This document shows, piece by piece, positions 1-12,283 of a DNA stretch of 64,000 nt. Position 1 is the stretch's first letter. Every line of letters starts with the position of its first letter. The stretch is from Antedon mediterranea (Eukaryota; Animalia; Echinodermata). Position numbers and translations under genes: made by a program. The DNA is taken from assembly GCF_964355755.1 (NCBI RefSeq), contig NC_092677.1:10872101-10936100 (forward strand), given 5' to 3'. The notes beneath the pieces were generated by a model. It worked only from the letters and a program-made list of their open reading frames with translations. It was not told the DNA's origin and made no database searches.

Positions 1-79
1 GGATATAGAAATATGGTTTGTTGACTGTACTGATAGCCACTTTCCTTGAAAATTTAGTAAACTCCATTTGTTTTACTAG

Positions 80-778
80 GTCACCTTGCTGAACAAACAT
101 ATTGAAAATGAACTAACCTCAAGAATACCAGACTTTTCCATGGAAGACTTTGCACAACAATTACAGTAAGTTTCTAATACTACATATAACAAAAAGAGGT
201 GTGTAGTAAATGAAAACAAACAAACATTTATTGTGTGCTACAGTAGAATTAATATCAGGGTATGTAGAAAAAGAGACACTTCTAAAATGTTGAACGAGTT
301 GTGCTGTATAAACCAGTCTCGTAAGTAAATAAAATTTATATATTATAATAATAGAATACATAAAATGTATTATTTATATCCATATTGCTTAAATATTTTT
401 TTCCCGTTTTATAGAAAGAGATCGAAGAAAAAACAGTTGGAAGGCGAGATATTTGAAATGCTTCTAACGTTCAGTGATTTTGTATCATTTAAAGAAATGT
501 TTTTAGATTACAAAGCAGTAAGTCGATTTTGTTTTTAAGCTCTGTCTACACTATCAAAGTTTATGTGACAAAAAAATGTGATGAGCCCATATGGACATGA
601 TGATGTCATATCACTACCATATTTGGGCACATCACAGACGAGGTCTCACTGAAACATAAAGCATAAATAAAAAATTATTGTTTTGTTTCAATTACAGGAA
701 CAAGAAGGGACTGGAATAGATCTGACATCAGGAATAATGGTCACACCATGCAAGTTTCCAGAGCCAACATCAAATTGA
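80..778 (+). CDS. ARL2BP: ARL2-binding protein (BART domain), 3' part; exons 80-165, 415-517, 698-778; 5' exons lie outside the window
   Basis: GT-AG spliced translation VTLLNKHIENELTSRIPDFSMEDFAQQLQ/KRSKKKQLEGEIFEMLLTFSDFVSFKEMFLDYKA/EQEGTGIDLTSGIMVTPCKFPEPTSN* matches the remembered ARL2BP C-terminus (IFDMLLTFTDFLAFKEMFLDYRAEKEGRGLDLSSG). Exon phases are consistent. Confidence 0.92.
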
Positions 779-1797
779 ACTTTTAACTTTAATATTTAAG
801 TATATTGTTTATGCTACAAAAACAGTTTTATCAATACATTATCAGCAATTAAGATCAGGGTATATACAGTGTATTACATCCGATTTTGGTAAACGTACAG
901 TACCTTATTTTCTTGCATGAATAAGTCTGCAGATAACATGCACATGAATAACTGTACAAGATGGGGTTTTTTTTTTGGGGGGGGGGGGGGTCCTCCTCCT
1001 AAATACCAAGCCCTACCGAACAAAGTGTACTGTACTATCAATAAAGTTCTACTTTTGATTGTAATACTGTATAAAAAATTATCAGTCAACTAATATTGCA
1101 TTGATTACGACAGGAGGAAATACAATGTTGATTGAATTATTGAAACAAAAAAAAAAGCATGATTTTTTTTACTCTAAATATATTCTATTTCCTATATACT
1201 GGTAGGGCTTGGTGTTTAGGAGAACCTGTTTTGTAGTGTTCCACTACAGGTGTGTGGCTGATAATGTAGCCATTTCAGAATTAACTTATGTTGTTGCAAT
1301 ACATTCTATTGACTGTATATGTAGTAACTTTTCCAAATTCTTTAAATTTAAAGTTGTTTAATTATGTAAATAAATGTGTAGTGTTAGACTATTCCTGAAT
1401 TTTTACCTTGAAGTTGTTGAAATAAATAATTGTTTTGTCATTAAAAGTATTTTATTATAGATTATGTAATAGCTAGAAATACACCACACCAGGTTTTATT
1501 ATTTAGATTTTATTGAAAAAGCTTCTTTAGAGCAAATTCCAATCGCATTATGTACATTAACAGTAATTTGTTTTTACAAAAATGAATATGCAAGTTGATG
1601 CATAATGGCTGGGTACCATGTAAAAACAATTATATTTTTTATCTAAAGAAAGGTTTTAAGGTATTGTAAATAATATACATGATCAATTATGTATTTTACA
1701 CCTTTATTTCATGACCACCTTGTCTTTATACAGCTAAGCTAATTTACAATGACATCACCACATTATGTGCACTGGTACACATAAATTGCATGCATCA

Positions 1798-4700
1798 TCA
1801 GTTCATGAGTACTTCTAGCTGGACTAATCTTGCATTGATATCACCTGGCATTCTGTATGGCAACATCCCCGCAAATGTAATCAGAGACTTAGCCTGGCGA
1901 CGTAAATACTCCAAGTACTGTGAAAATACATAAAATAAAATATTTGAAAGTTGGTTTTAGCATAGGCAGCAAATTAAAAAAAAAATACACATAAAACATT
2001 TGTTTGTTACTGGTCAAAGACTGATCTCCTAGAGGGCCCAGTTGATCAGTGGCTGTGATTTACTAGTAAGATGGTTCTACATTTTTCTAGTCCTTATCCG
2101 AGGACTCGTTCTACCACCAGAACCCTGGAGCAAGTAATTACGCTGTCTCGGCCACTCGCTCGATTTTAGAATATGAAGCAAATTTTTAAACAATGCATGT
2201 TTAATTAATACTGTACTTACAGAATCTTTTCCCACGTCCATTCCTCTCTGTGGCGTCATAGAGCGAGGACTATATGATGGCTTATTTCGGTTTGTCTTGT
2301 ACTTTGTGTACAGTATATTCATGGTAGCTATGAGTACATCTGGCATGCTTCGTCTTATTTCATCTTTATATTGTTTGAATTCTGCAACTCTGTCATCTAC
2401 ACTTTCTGGCGTCAAAGCTACAAGTTTTAATTTCTCAATTGTCTATAAATTAAGATTAAAATTTAAGAAACACTGATAAATAAAGCAATAAATATTTAAA
2501 AAATAAGTTTATTTATGTAATTTCTCTGTCCTCAGCCCATTAGATAGTCAACTTGACCGTCCAATGGGAGCCATTGTTGTCATTCACATGACCGTTTGGT
2601 CATACTACGTGCGCAAGGATGGTTATCATCATTGGACAAGAGAGACAATGGTCTGTTATGGCTACCTTTAACTTAACTAGTTTTAGCTCCAAAATGTAGA
2701 GAGTACAACAGAATTCCAACTCACAGTCAATGCTCTGTCTATATCTTTTGCATAGTAGATATCAAAGAAGGTAAATAGATCAAGAAGCAGGTAGAATGTG
2801 TCGGTTGTGGTTCTAGTGCCAGACAAACACTGCTTCGTGTACCTGTAAATTAAAACATATGCATAATACTTTCCATACTATCACTATTCACAATAGTATC
2901 ACTAGTAGGGCTGCCTACACATAATACTGTAGTACCCCATGTGCACAATTGTTCCTAGTACACACGGGTGTCCTCAGTAGTCCTACTGGCAACAAAAAAA
3001 TGTGATATGACATCATCATGTCCATATATGGGCACATCACTACTATATTTGGGCATATCACTACCATATTTTTCAGTTATAAATATAAAAACCAATGCCT
3101 TACCTTTGTGCAATACTTATGGCCAGATTATGGAGTCTGTCCCTGTTCGAATGCATTGTAGATGGGCTAGCTACCAATGGACTTAATAATTTATTCATCA
3201 ACTCTAAAACTTTCTCAGAGTTTTCTGCCAAGTCATACAACTTTACAGCATCTTCAAATAATCCTTTGTTTTCCGTATCTTTGGCTACCGTTTCGATGAT
3301 TCTTTGTGTGTTATCTTGGAATTTGTCGATTGCTCCAGGCTGGCGTGATCCATCTTCTTTAACTTGCCCAAGAAGCATTTCAAACTCCCTCGTTTCGGTC
3401 ACTAATTCACTGATGCATTTGGCAAATAGATTTTCTCCTTTTGAATCTGTCAGTTTTCTGTAAAAATGTATGCAAAATTTACAATTAATATTTGGAAGAA
3501 AATTGTAGGTTTTGTCATATCATATTACTCTTTTAAAAGCCTTTCTTTTTAAACAAGTTTTTCATTAATTTAAATTATTGCCCCTTCTCATCTATCTTGA
3601 TTTATGTACAGCGCATTGAGAGCTTGCTTATAATGTGCTACATAAGAATGAACTATTATTATTATTATAATATGGTAGTGAATGATAATGAGATAGATAT
3701 AGTACTGAAAATTATGCAACTTACCTAAGAAGGTAAAAATACTGCAATGCTTCTCTTGGATCAGTGGTTTGAAATTTAGCAGCATACAAGCTAACTAGCC
3801 TGGCATAATTTAACCGTCTTAATGGTTCATCATCAGTCGACACTTTTGTTACTAGATAGAAAAATCAACATCTTTAACACTGATTTGTAAGTTTTTTATA
3901 CTGTATTTACTTTTTACTACATCAATGTCCTCAGCCCATTTGTACAGTCAACTAGACTATCCAATGGGAGCCATGTTTGTCAATCACATGACCTTTTGGT
4001 CATACTACGTGCGCAAGGATGGTTATCATCATTGGACAGATATTTTGGTAATAAATAAATGTTATACCGTACTTACACATTTGAGCAGCAATACTTGTAG
4101 GAACATTGAGCAAACCCATTTCGTACAGCACAATAGCAATGTGTACAGCGTGTGAACTCAATGTCTCCATCCTCCACAAGAACTCAATCGCAGGTTCAAA
4201 CTGAGCAGACATAAACAGCACTTTGAAATACAACATCGGATTCTGTTGTGCGTTGAAATGAACTTCCCCGTAATCTTGATATAATTGTCGTTGAAGGTCA
4301 GCAAGCGATGTCTGATCAGGGGTCGCACCGAGGTCACGATCTAGACACACCTGACTGAGTTTAAGCCAAAGGTAGTCGTCTGTTTTATCGGCTACTTCAG
4401 AGTGACTATCAGAGGGATCGCAGTTACCAAGGATACAGAAAACAATTCTAAACCAACCAACAACAACAAAAAAACCACAATTACAGTTGTTCAAAATACT
4501 ATTTCAAAATGAACACCATCCAAAAGGATCAGTTTTGAGAAAGCATAGTAAAATTATTAGGCATGCTCTCAGGCCAAGATGGTCGCACATGACCTTTCTT
4601 GGGTCATGCAAAGAGTAGGTACTCTTTTTCTTGAGAAAGAATGACATCATCATTGAACAAGGTCTAATACCAATATTGAGATAAGCAACCAACTCTTAGA

Positions 4701-7700
4701 ATTGCAGAAAATGTTTTAGCTATGACGGAAGTGAACGTGCAAGTTCATTAATCTCAATTATTATACAGATATTGACTGCTTAGAGGTTAAATATAAGATT
4801 TGACATCCCCGAGGGAATATATATTTCCCGATGCGCTATATACGATTTACGATCCTCGCAGCGGTAGTCATGTGATGCAGTTTCAACCAATCATATCCAC
4901 GGATTTATATAGGTTATGTAATATAAATGTATACTACATACATACCTTTTATATGGGTCAGGACTGTGGCGTACAGCTCGTCTATATTGTAACTTAATTT
5001 TCGTTTCACTGGCTGGTGACAACCTAACAAAAGATATTGTTGTAGTTTTCAGTGTGAATAAATGGCACTGTAGCTTTGTTTTTTACATACCTGTCCTATA
5101 ATTCACAGGGTCTTTGGTTCAGTATAAAATCTTACCTATTTTGATCACTGTGCATATACTCTTGAAGGAAGTCTCTTATTTCTCCAACATCTTGCCTAAT
5201 GAAAAACAACAAACAAATATGTCTTATTATCAAAATGCATTTGAACCTTTCATAAGCTCTATCTACACTATCAAATGTGATGTGCCCATATATAGACATG
5301 ATGTCATATCACTACCATATTTGGGCACAGCACACCTTTTTTGTCAAACTAGTTTTATAGTGTAGACAGAGCTCTAGGCTAGAATAGTATGATATCCTGG
5401 CTTCAACATTCCAGGCAAATTATAATGTTGGCAGTTGCTGGTAATACTATATACACTATAGTACAGTATGAATTGTCTCTTAATGTGTATTTTTTTTTTC
5501 TTATTATTATTATATAAAGCTCTGCCTACACTATCAAACCTTATGCAACAACAAATGTGATGTCATATCCCTACCATATTTGGGCACATCACACTTTTGT
5601 TTTTAGAGTCTAGATAAGGCTATAGACAAAAATTTAAATACAACGCACTTACGATGCCCTATTAAAAGCTTGTAAAGCACCCTCTAAGTCACCGCATCTC
5701 ATACAGTAGTACACCATTGGCCATAGCGGTAACCCATCAACTTCGGCATCCTACATTGACATTTTAAAATACAAATTATTATTTTGTAGTCCTTTCTATT
5801 TCCAAATGTCCATATGTGGGCAGAATTTCTGTTCCATACTATTGAAAAATTTTGTTTAACAAAATCTATTTCAAAACATGTCACAATATGTTAGTACAGC
5901 ACCACCAAAGTGAATATTCAAATTGAAAATGTTGTCAATAAACATACCTCTAGGCCTGGCATTCCCTGTGGTACTTTGATGCGTAAAAATGCCTGCACAA
6001 GGGGGTAAATACCAGGTATACCTCCTAGCCTAGCTTGGTGCTGAGATTCAGATATGTACCCCAACAAATACTGACAGTAATTCTTCTCCAGGTATCTTAG
6101 GGCTTGGTTTACAAACGCAGTTTGAACATCTGGTGAGGTACGATTCTCTGGTACAGTTGAGGTCGACACTAATGGTACAGAGGTCATATGTCGTACCATA
6201 TCCCAAATATCCAGGATGTACTGTGGAAATCATATTAAATATTTTAGTAGCAAGTTTAATTTTCAATCGTGATCAGTAACTTAACAAACACATTCTCATT
6301 CTCACAGGCTGTTGGCAACCATGAACAAAATGCAATCAACAGTATTATTACTGTTAAGTATAGGATATTGATTCCTGTTAAGCTCTATGTCTGCTTGCTC
6401 GTCTAGTTACAACTGGGTTAAAATCCACATAAGGTAAGAATTTTCAATAATTATTTTACTATTAATTAGATGTTTTGCCCTACTCTGACGTAATTTGTAC
6501 TTTATACTAAGTACATTTGAGAATAGAAAAAAATTTGCAAGTAGTTCTCGGGTGGGACTCGAACCCACGACCTCCAGATCACTAGCCTGGCGTTCATACC
6601 TCCAGACCACCGAGCTTGCGCTGATGGCTAGTGGTTATTTTACTATTCATAGAATAATGATTTTATAACCTTTTCAAATAATAATAATAATTAACATACT
6701 TTATCATCGAGTTGTTGGGCGACACTGGTACAAAGTTCAAGAAGATCAGGTGGTAAACCACGTTGCACCACACGTTCATTAAACAAATACATCTAAAAAC
6801 AATTAAAACACAACCATTAATTGGAATCATTGTCTTATATAAACAATGAATATTCAATAAAGAAAATATCCATTTTATTAAAGATCATGTGTTTATCTTC
6901 CAAAAAAAGACTATTGGGTATGTGGTATTATAGCGCCCTCTATTTTTTTGGAATATCGGAGAAATTTTTGTACAGTAATCTCTCTGTAAGTCAGACATCC
7001 ATAAGTTAATTTTCCACTAGACGAATTTGTTCTCATGAATCAAAAGCGTCAGCTTCTACGCCGCATGCATATTCATGTTTCCATCTTCCAAATCCGTCCT
7101 TCGACGAATTCTAGTTCCCTGAGTTTAATCACTTCAGGAAAATTGGTAATTTAATTTATGAGCACTCATGTGAATCGAAAAGCTCAGCAGACCCGAGATG
7201 AACATGAAAACGGCTTTTCGAGTGGAAAGGGTAGCGTGATTTCTTTTTGCTGGAAAATCTGGTTTTACGAAATGGATTGTTAAATACTGTAGTAACAAAG
7301 ACCCTTGTAAAGATTTGTCCACAAACCTGTCTACTATAAGCCATCTGCACATGATCCATACCACTACGACTGGACATCACAATCGAGTCACCCACTGCTG
7401 AATCACGTTCAGGTGCATAGTCTAAAAGATCTTGTCCAGATCCAATCAGAGCATTCAGAAGTCTTTGTTTTTCAGATTCCCATTCACTCTGCATACTGTC
7501 CCAGAAATGCTTTTCGGCTTGACGGAATGTCTAAAAATAAACATACCAAGACTTGTACTTGATAGATTTTGTGTTTTCTGTAAGATGCTACGCACATTCG
7601 TAATTAAAAATAGATTAATAATTAGATAATTGTCTGGCAAAATGACATTCAAGGGGAACAGAGAAAATAAAATAGTAATAGGTCAACTTACATTCCTTTT

Positions 7701-8342
7701 TGTTTCTTCAATAACTGCTAAAAGAGCATTTTCTCTTTCATTTCTTAAAAAACTCTAAAATATAATAAAAAATCTGGATAAATCTCATTACCTATCTACC
7801 GTCCGAATGCTAATTTCATTAGCATACTGGACTCAAAGAAAGATGAGATTGTACTGTAAAACAGAGCAGATATACAATAATTCAATCTACCTGAATATCT
7901 GTGTCAGCAATAGGCTCAAGTGGTTCTAGGGTTCTAGTGGCGCTAAGGGTCTCAAGACGCTGAGAGACCTTCGGTACATCAAGACCTTTGGTTCCAAGTA
8001 GTATAGACCTGTAAGGGAGTGAAAATGTTAATGTACTGTATATAGTAATGCTATTTTGGTCTTATTACAATTCAAAGTTCAAAATTGAATACTTTTTTTC
8101 TTTTAGAAATAAGATGTTAAAATTTAAAATAATTATGAATATGATGGCCATTTTAAATAAACTTACGCTTTGACATTAGCAGTGTCTGGTTGTCCAGTTT
8201 GGGCAGTTTTCGACCATAACCTTTGACCTGCTTCAACTATTTGATGTATGTTACGTTCTACCCTAGGTAGATCACTTCCACTGTCGACGCCTGCCGTCAG
8301 TTGTTCTGCCTGTTGTAACAGGTCATCAAATCCCTCCATCAT
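1798..8342 (-). CDS. NUP93: Nucleoporin Nup93/Nic96, complete, ~824 aa; coding exons 8167-8342, 7891-8008, 7692-7754, 7327-7530, 6700-6792, 5948-6220, 5653-5750, 5136-5195, 4946-5023, 4077-4447, 3725-3851, 3104-3457, 2725-2842, 2221-2442, 1798-1917
   Basis: Starts [25 protein letters not shown]. Contains [42 protein letters not shown] and [10 protein letters not shown], and ends [25 protein letters not shown]. All introns are GT-AG and exon lengths sum to 2475 nt in frame. Confidence 0.97.
2085..2161 (-). mobile_element. Fragment of the tRNA-headed SINE family also at 49835-50143
   Basis: tagtccttatccgaggactcgttctaccaccagaacc...cggccactcgctc is nearly identical to parts of 50020-50140. Confidence 0.6.
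2528..4037. repeat. Two copies (2528-2638 and 3927-4037) of a ~110-bp dispersed repeat in NUP93 introns
   Basis: Both read gtcctcagcccat..agtcaact..tccaatgggagccat..tcacatgacc.tttggtcatactacgtgcgcaaggatggttatcatcattggaca. Confidence 0.8.
4564..4659 (-). ncRNA. Candidate intronic box C/D snoRNA in NUP93 intron 4448-4945
   Basis: On the host strand: TGTTC-a-ATGATGA (box C, 4653-4647) ... CTGA (box D, 4572-4569)-GAGCA. It has a 5-bp terminal stem, is 96 nt long and lies ~115 nt upstream of the 3' splice site. No convincing guide target was identified. Confidence 0.4.
5255..5373. mobile_element. Short MITE, PIF/Harbinger (Tourist)-like; related full or partial copies near 538-635, 2995-3075, 5518-5620, 16009-16147, 52104-52175, 58335-58438
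   Basis: TIR AGCTCTGTCTACACTA.../...TAGTGTAGACAGAGCT with the internal motif gtgcccatatatggacatgatgatgtcatatcactaccatatttgggcac. Copies are often flanked by TAA/TTA. Confidence 0.75.
6545..6616 (-). pseudogene. tRNA-Thr(AGT)-like sequence (tRNA pseudogene or SINE head)
   Basis: The minus strand folds with anticodon arm ccagg-ctAGTga-tctgg, T arm gtggg-TTCGAGT-cccac and A/B boxes. The acceptor stem has only 5/7 pairs and the D stem is mispaired. Confidence 0.6.
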
Positions 8343-8856
8343 GCCACCTACCAGGTAATATGATTATCCTAAAATTGGCAAGAAAATATAAAAAACATTA
8401 TTCTGTCAAATTATCAAAATATTTGAATATCAATAGCCAATGTATGAATTGAAATATTTAAAATGAAAAGACAGTCTCACTTTTTTGTATGTAAATAAAT
8501 TTTAATTTTAAGAAACACAGTTAAGTCTGATGATGTATACACACAATGCAATAAAATTCACATAAATTAAAAATAGTCACAAATTGTAAAAGCCTAGGCC
8601 TTTACTATTTACACGACTTAATAACTGAAACTAACCACAGGGCGTTGAGCACGTTTACACCGCGAAGAATTAAACCGGCAAGCAACACAGCAGCTATCTA
8701 TATTGATCCGATTGGCTTAAAGAATTTTATTTTCGTGTAAGTCTAGGCAAACTAGATTACTTAGTTCATTGTGAATGCTTAAAACAACAACATTAAATTA
8801 GGTTATTATACAACAAACAACGGAACAAATGTATATCAATTAGACCTCATGTCCAT

Positions 8857-9560
8857 CTTACCTTAGGCTTCGGATTAAAAAAAATGGTACGTGCTTAGCT
8901 TCAAAATGTGTTCAATTACCGCGACAGATTTGTTACGCCACAACCGGACCGTCAGGTGGATTCTTTCATGTATTACTACATCCACCACACATGGCATTTA
9001 AAATGGACGATTCCAAGCTTGGAGGTAGAATGATAGAGGTAAGAAAATCATCCTGAAATGGATCATGGAGGAATTAATGGATGCTCATTGCTTTGTTATT
9101 AGTTTCCGTTTTTGTTAGTTAAAGTGGCTACTGTATTAGGTTATTTAACGTCTGACTCCACGAATTAAATGAATACATTTCAAAATGTTTTACTTTATAC
9201 TTGCGATATGTAAATTCAAGACTATTCTATTTTACAACAGGTGTAGGGTATAATAGTTGGGTATTTACAGGTGGTGGATAGGGTGTTTTATAGTACTTCA
9301 AAAAAGTAGAAGATAGATATTAGATTGATATTATTATTAATAATTGTATCATTATTATTGGTTATTTTATAAGAGTTTAAACATTATTTTAATCCTGCGA
9401 TTGTAATACTACCTGTATAAGTCACTGTCTAATTGATGCCTTGCATTGCAGGAATCCTGCATTGTGTGCGCCCTCTCTTTTTGAAGTGCAGTGCAGTACC
9501 ATTATACTTCCGGTGTCCGGCATTTGCACAAATAAAAACAAACGGGTAGGGAAGGTAGGT
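8857..9560. promoter_or_regulatory. Probable shared divergent promoter region of NUP93 (-) and the JmjC-like gene (+)
   Basis: The genes are head-to-head. There is a candidate non-coding exon donor for NUP93 (cttac at ~8857-8861) and + strand donors at ~9545-9556. CpG-richer patches and an ETS-like ACTTCCGG (~9506) are present. TSS positions are inferred. Confidence 0.4.
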
Positions 9561-10218
9561 TTACAATTAAACAAAATGATTGAAAACACATGAAATCGTG
9601 TAAATAATTGACTTAGAAATAACAGCATTAATTACAGAGTTTCTTTAGTCAACTGTAATAAGCGTTAATTTAATTAGAACAACGTGACGGACAAAAAAAA
9701 AAAAGACGATTCCCATATTTAATTTATGACAACAGCTGCTGCATATGTACTGTAGTACTAGTACTAGCTAGTAGACCTAACCATGGAGTAAAGAATTTAC
9801 TCCATGGCCTAACTAGGCCTACATTTTATAACATAAATTAATATTTTATTATGTAAAAACTCTGACTTGACAGTGAGACTGTCTAAATGAACTGGCCTCC
9901 CTCACTTTAACTCCATGTCTACATTTCACAAGAGAATCCTTGAATTTTATTTTCTTTTAAGTTCTGTTATTTATTTGTTAATTTCGTAGCTTAAGTTAGT
10001 TAAGATAAAAGGTACCAAGCTTGATTAGCTTCGGCTATACCTTGGCTACCTTTTGTATTAAATTGTTTTTTTTGTTTTGTTTGATACAATAAAGAAGATT
10101 CAATTGCGCAAGTCATTTCAAATCATGCATTAAACGTATCCATTTGTGATAGCAGCATGCAACAAGTTTATGGAGAGCTAATTGTCAAATTTTTTTTCTT
10201 TTCACAGATATTTTAAAT

Positions 10219-12283
10219 ATGGAGAACTTAAAAGAAGAACTAAAAGCACAATTTAAAGAGATTTGTGCCGAAGCAGAAGATTCTGGAATTTCTGGAAACG
10301 AGCTTGCTTGTTTCCAGATTGTCCAAAGGATCAACCGGGTTAAAATACCAGCAAAGAAGTCTAAACTAAGACCAGCTCTTTCGAAAACACTTATTTCAAG
10401 TTTCGCAGTATTGATCGCTCTTGCTACATTCGAAGTTGCTGTTGTTTTTACAACACCGACGGGTTACCCAATAATTGAAGAATACCACAAGAAGATGACG
10501 GAATGGATATTTGACAATATCATTGATGTTGACATGGAAGAAGAACTCTGTATTGTTAATTTCCCAGAGATCGTACAGGATATGTTCCGACCAGCAGTAG
10601 ATTGCAACATGTGCCAGAATGTAACACAAATCGACCGCGTTTCCAACCTAACCATTGAAGACTTCACAAAAATATATGCGTACACTTCACGACCAGTCGT
10701 CATATCAGATGGGATGGCAGGCTGGACAGCTGGAGATCATTTCAGTTTTGATTTTTTTAAGAGCGTTTATTCTGAAGACAGTCCAGCTCTTGAAAACTAT
10801 GAAACAGATTGTCAGTTTTTTCCATACAAGACTGAGTTTGCTTGCTTGGGAGAAGCATTGAACATGACTAAAGAAAGAGCGAAGGAACCTTGGTATATTG
10901 GATGGTGAGTTTTAAAGGGAACTGAGCCTGGATCAGTGGCAGATTGAGGATTTTGAAATATGGGCTGCCCAGGGCCTAAAAATAGTTGAGCGTAATCTTT
11001 TGCATTACAATTTGCGAAATTGAGTGGGGCTCCGGGCGACTTCCACCTCTTGCATTATCTTGTTTCGCCCACTTCTATGTAAGAGGCTAGAATTTGTATT
11101 GCAGTTAAATTATATATATTTTAAAGAACCTTAGCAAGTTGTTTGTACATTTTGCCAGTCTTTTTTTCCTTTACATAAATAGTTTTTAATATGAGTTTTA
11201 TATTTTTACAATAGGAGCAACTGTGACTCATATGCTACAAACATATTGAGAAAACATTACAAACGGCCATACTTCTTGCCACAGAATTCAGAGTCAAGTA
11301 AAACTGATTGGATATTTATGGGTACTCCAAACTATGGCGCCCACTTACATGTAAGTAAAAACCCTAAAAGCCAAGTGGTAACATTAAGCAGAAAAGCGTG
11401 TTTTTCTCACGTAAAATCTGTATCTAACATTGTTTTATTTCTTTGAACAGATCGATTCAGTTGAAAATCCTTCGTGGCAGGCTCAGGTTAAAGGTCACAA
11501 ACTGTGGACGCTTGAGCCGGCTCCAGAGTGTTATTTTCAGTGCCCCAGCCAGTTGCAAATTACAGTGCATCCAGGAGAAATAAGTAAGTGAATGGTTGAA
11601 CTTAAAAAAATTTTCATTTTATGGTAAATTATGATAACAAAGAATGCACTACAGGTTGTGGTTTCTGCCATTATTCAATAAAAATAGTCATTGTGAAATA
11701 AATAATCTGTATTCAGGAGAAAAAAAAGTTATTTAAACTTAAACCTATATGCTTGATCGAAAACAGATATGAATCCATTTAATCTTTGACCTGATGCACT
11801 TGTATTGTTGATGACTGCATTAATATTTCCTGTGTTTTAGTAGGTTTTTTGATTGTGTAATAACAAACAGTACCTTTAGCATTCCATTACTTTAGGTTTT
11901 CACTTAAGTACTGCTTAACAATCTTGACTTAAAGTGTTCTCATGATAATGCAACTGGTTTAGTTTTTTTCCATAGCAGCATTTTCGGGAAATCATAGCTT
12001 GTTTAATTTTTAATTAATAAATAATAATAATAATATTTATTTGGCATATCATCAGGAGCAAGCAATAGGCCTGAACAGTTAACTGCTCTTTCTCCAAAAT
12101 TAACACAACAATCATTTATAAACAAAGTTAGCAAATTACTTACACTGGCATAACACCAATTGTGTTGATTAAACTTGTATTTGTACTTTTTTTTCAGTCG
12201 TTTTGGATACCAACTACTGGTTTCACAAGACACTAATTGTACAGGATGAGTTGAGTATTACGATTGGTTCAGAGTATGATTAA
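10219..12283 (+). CDS. JmjC/cupin-like 2-oxoglutarate-Fe(II) oxygenase-type protein with an N-terminal transmembrane segment, ~346 aa; exons 10219-10904, 11215-11350, 11451-11583, 12198-12283
   Basis: The spliced product has a hydrophobic stretch (LISSFAVLIALATFEVAVVF), F..IYAYTSRPVVI, PWYIGWSNC, PYFLP..SESSKTDWIFMG and an HxD..H facial triad (GAHLHID ... WQAQVKGHKLW ... PGEI..LDTNYWFH). It ends ITIGSEYD*. Total 1041 nt in frame. Confidence 0.85.

Noticed and set aside
6545-6616. Functional tRNA-Thr gene
   Set aside because: The acceptor stem has two terminal mismatches, the D stem is broken, and tRNA-headed SINE fragments are common in this window. It is kept only as a pseudogene or SINE head.
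7781-7860. Intronic hairpin in NUP93 with an internal loop (ggtagatagg, complementary to a conserved 28S segment) as an H/ACA snoRNA
   Set aside because: There is no correctly spaced ACA box, no room for a second hairpin in the 136-nt intron, and the other side of the pocket pairs poorly. A 9-10-nt match can arise by chance.
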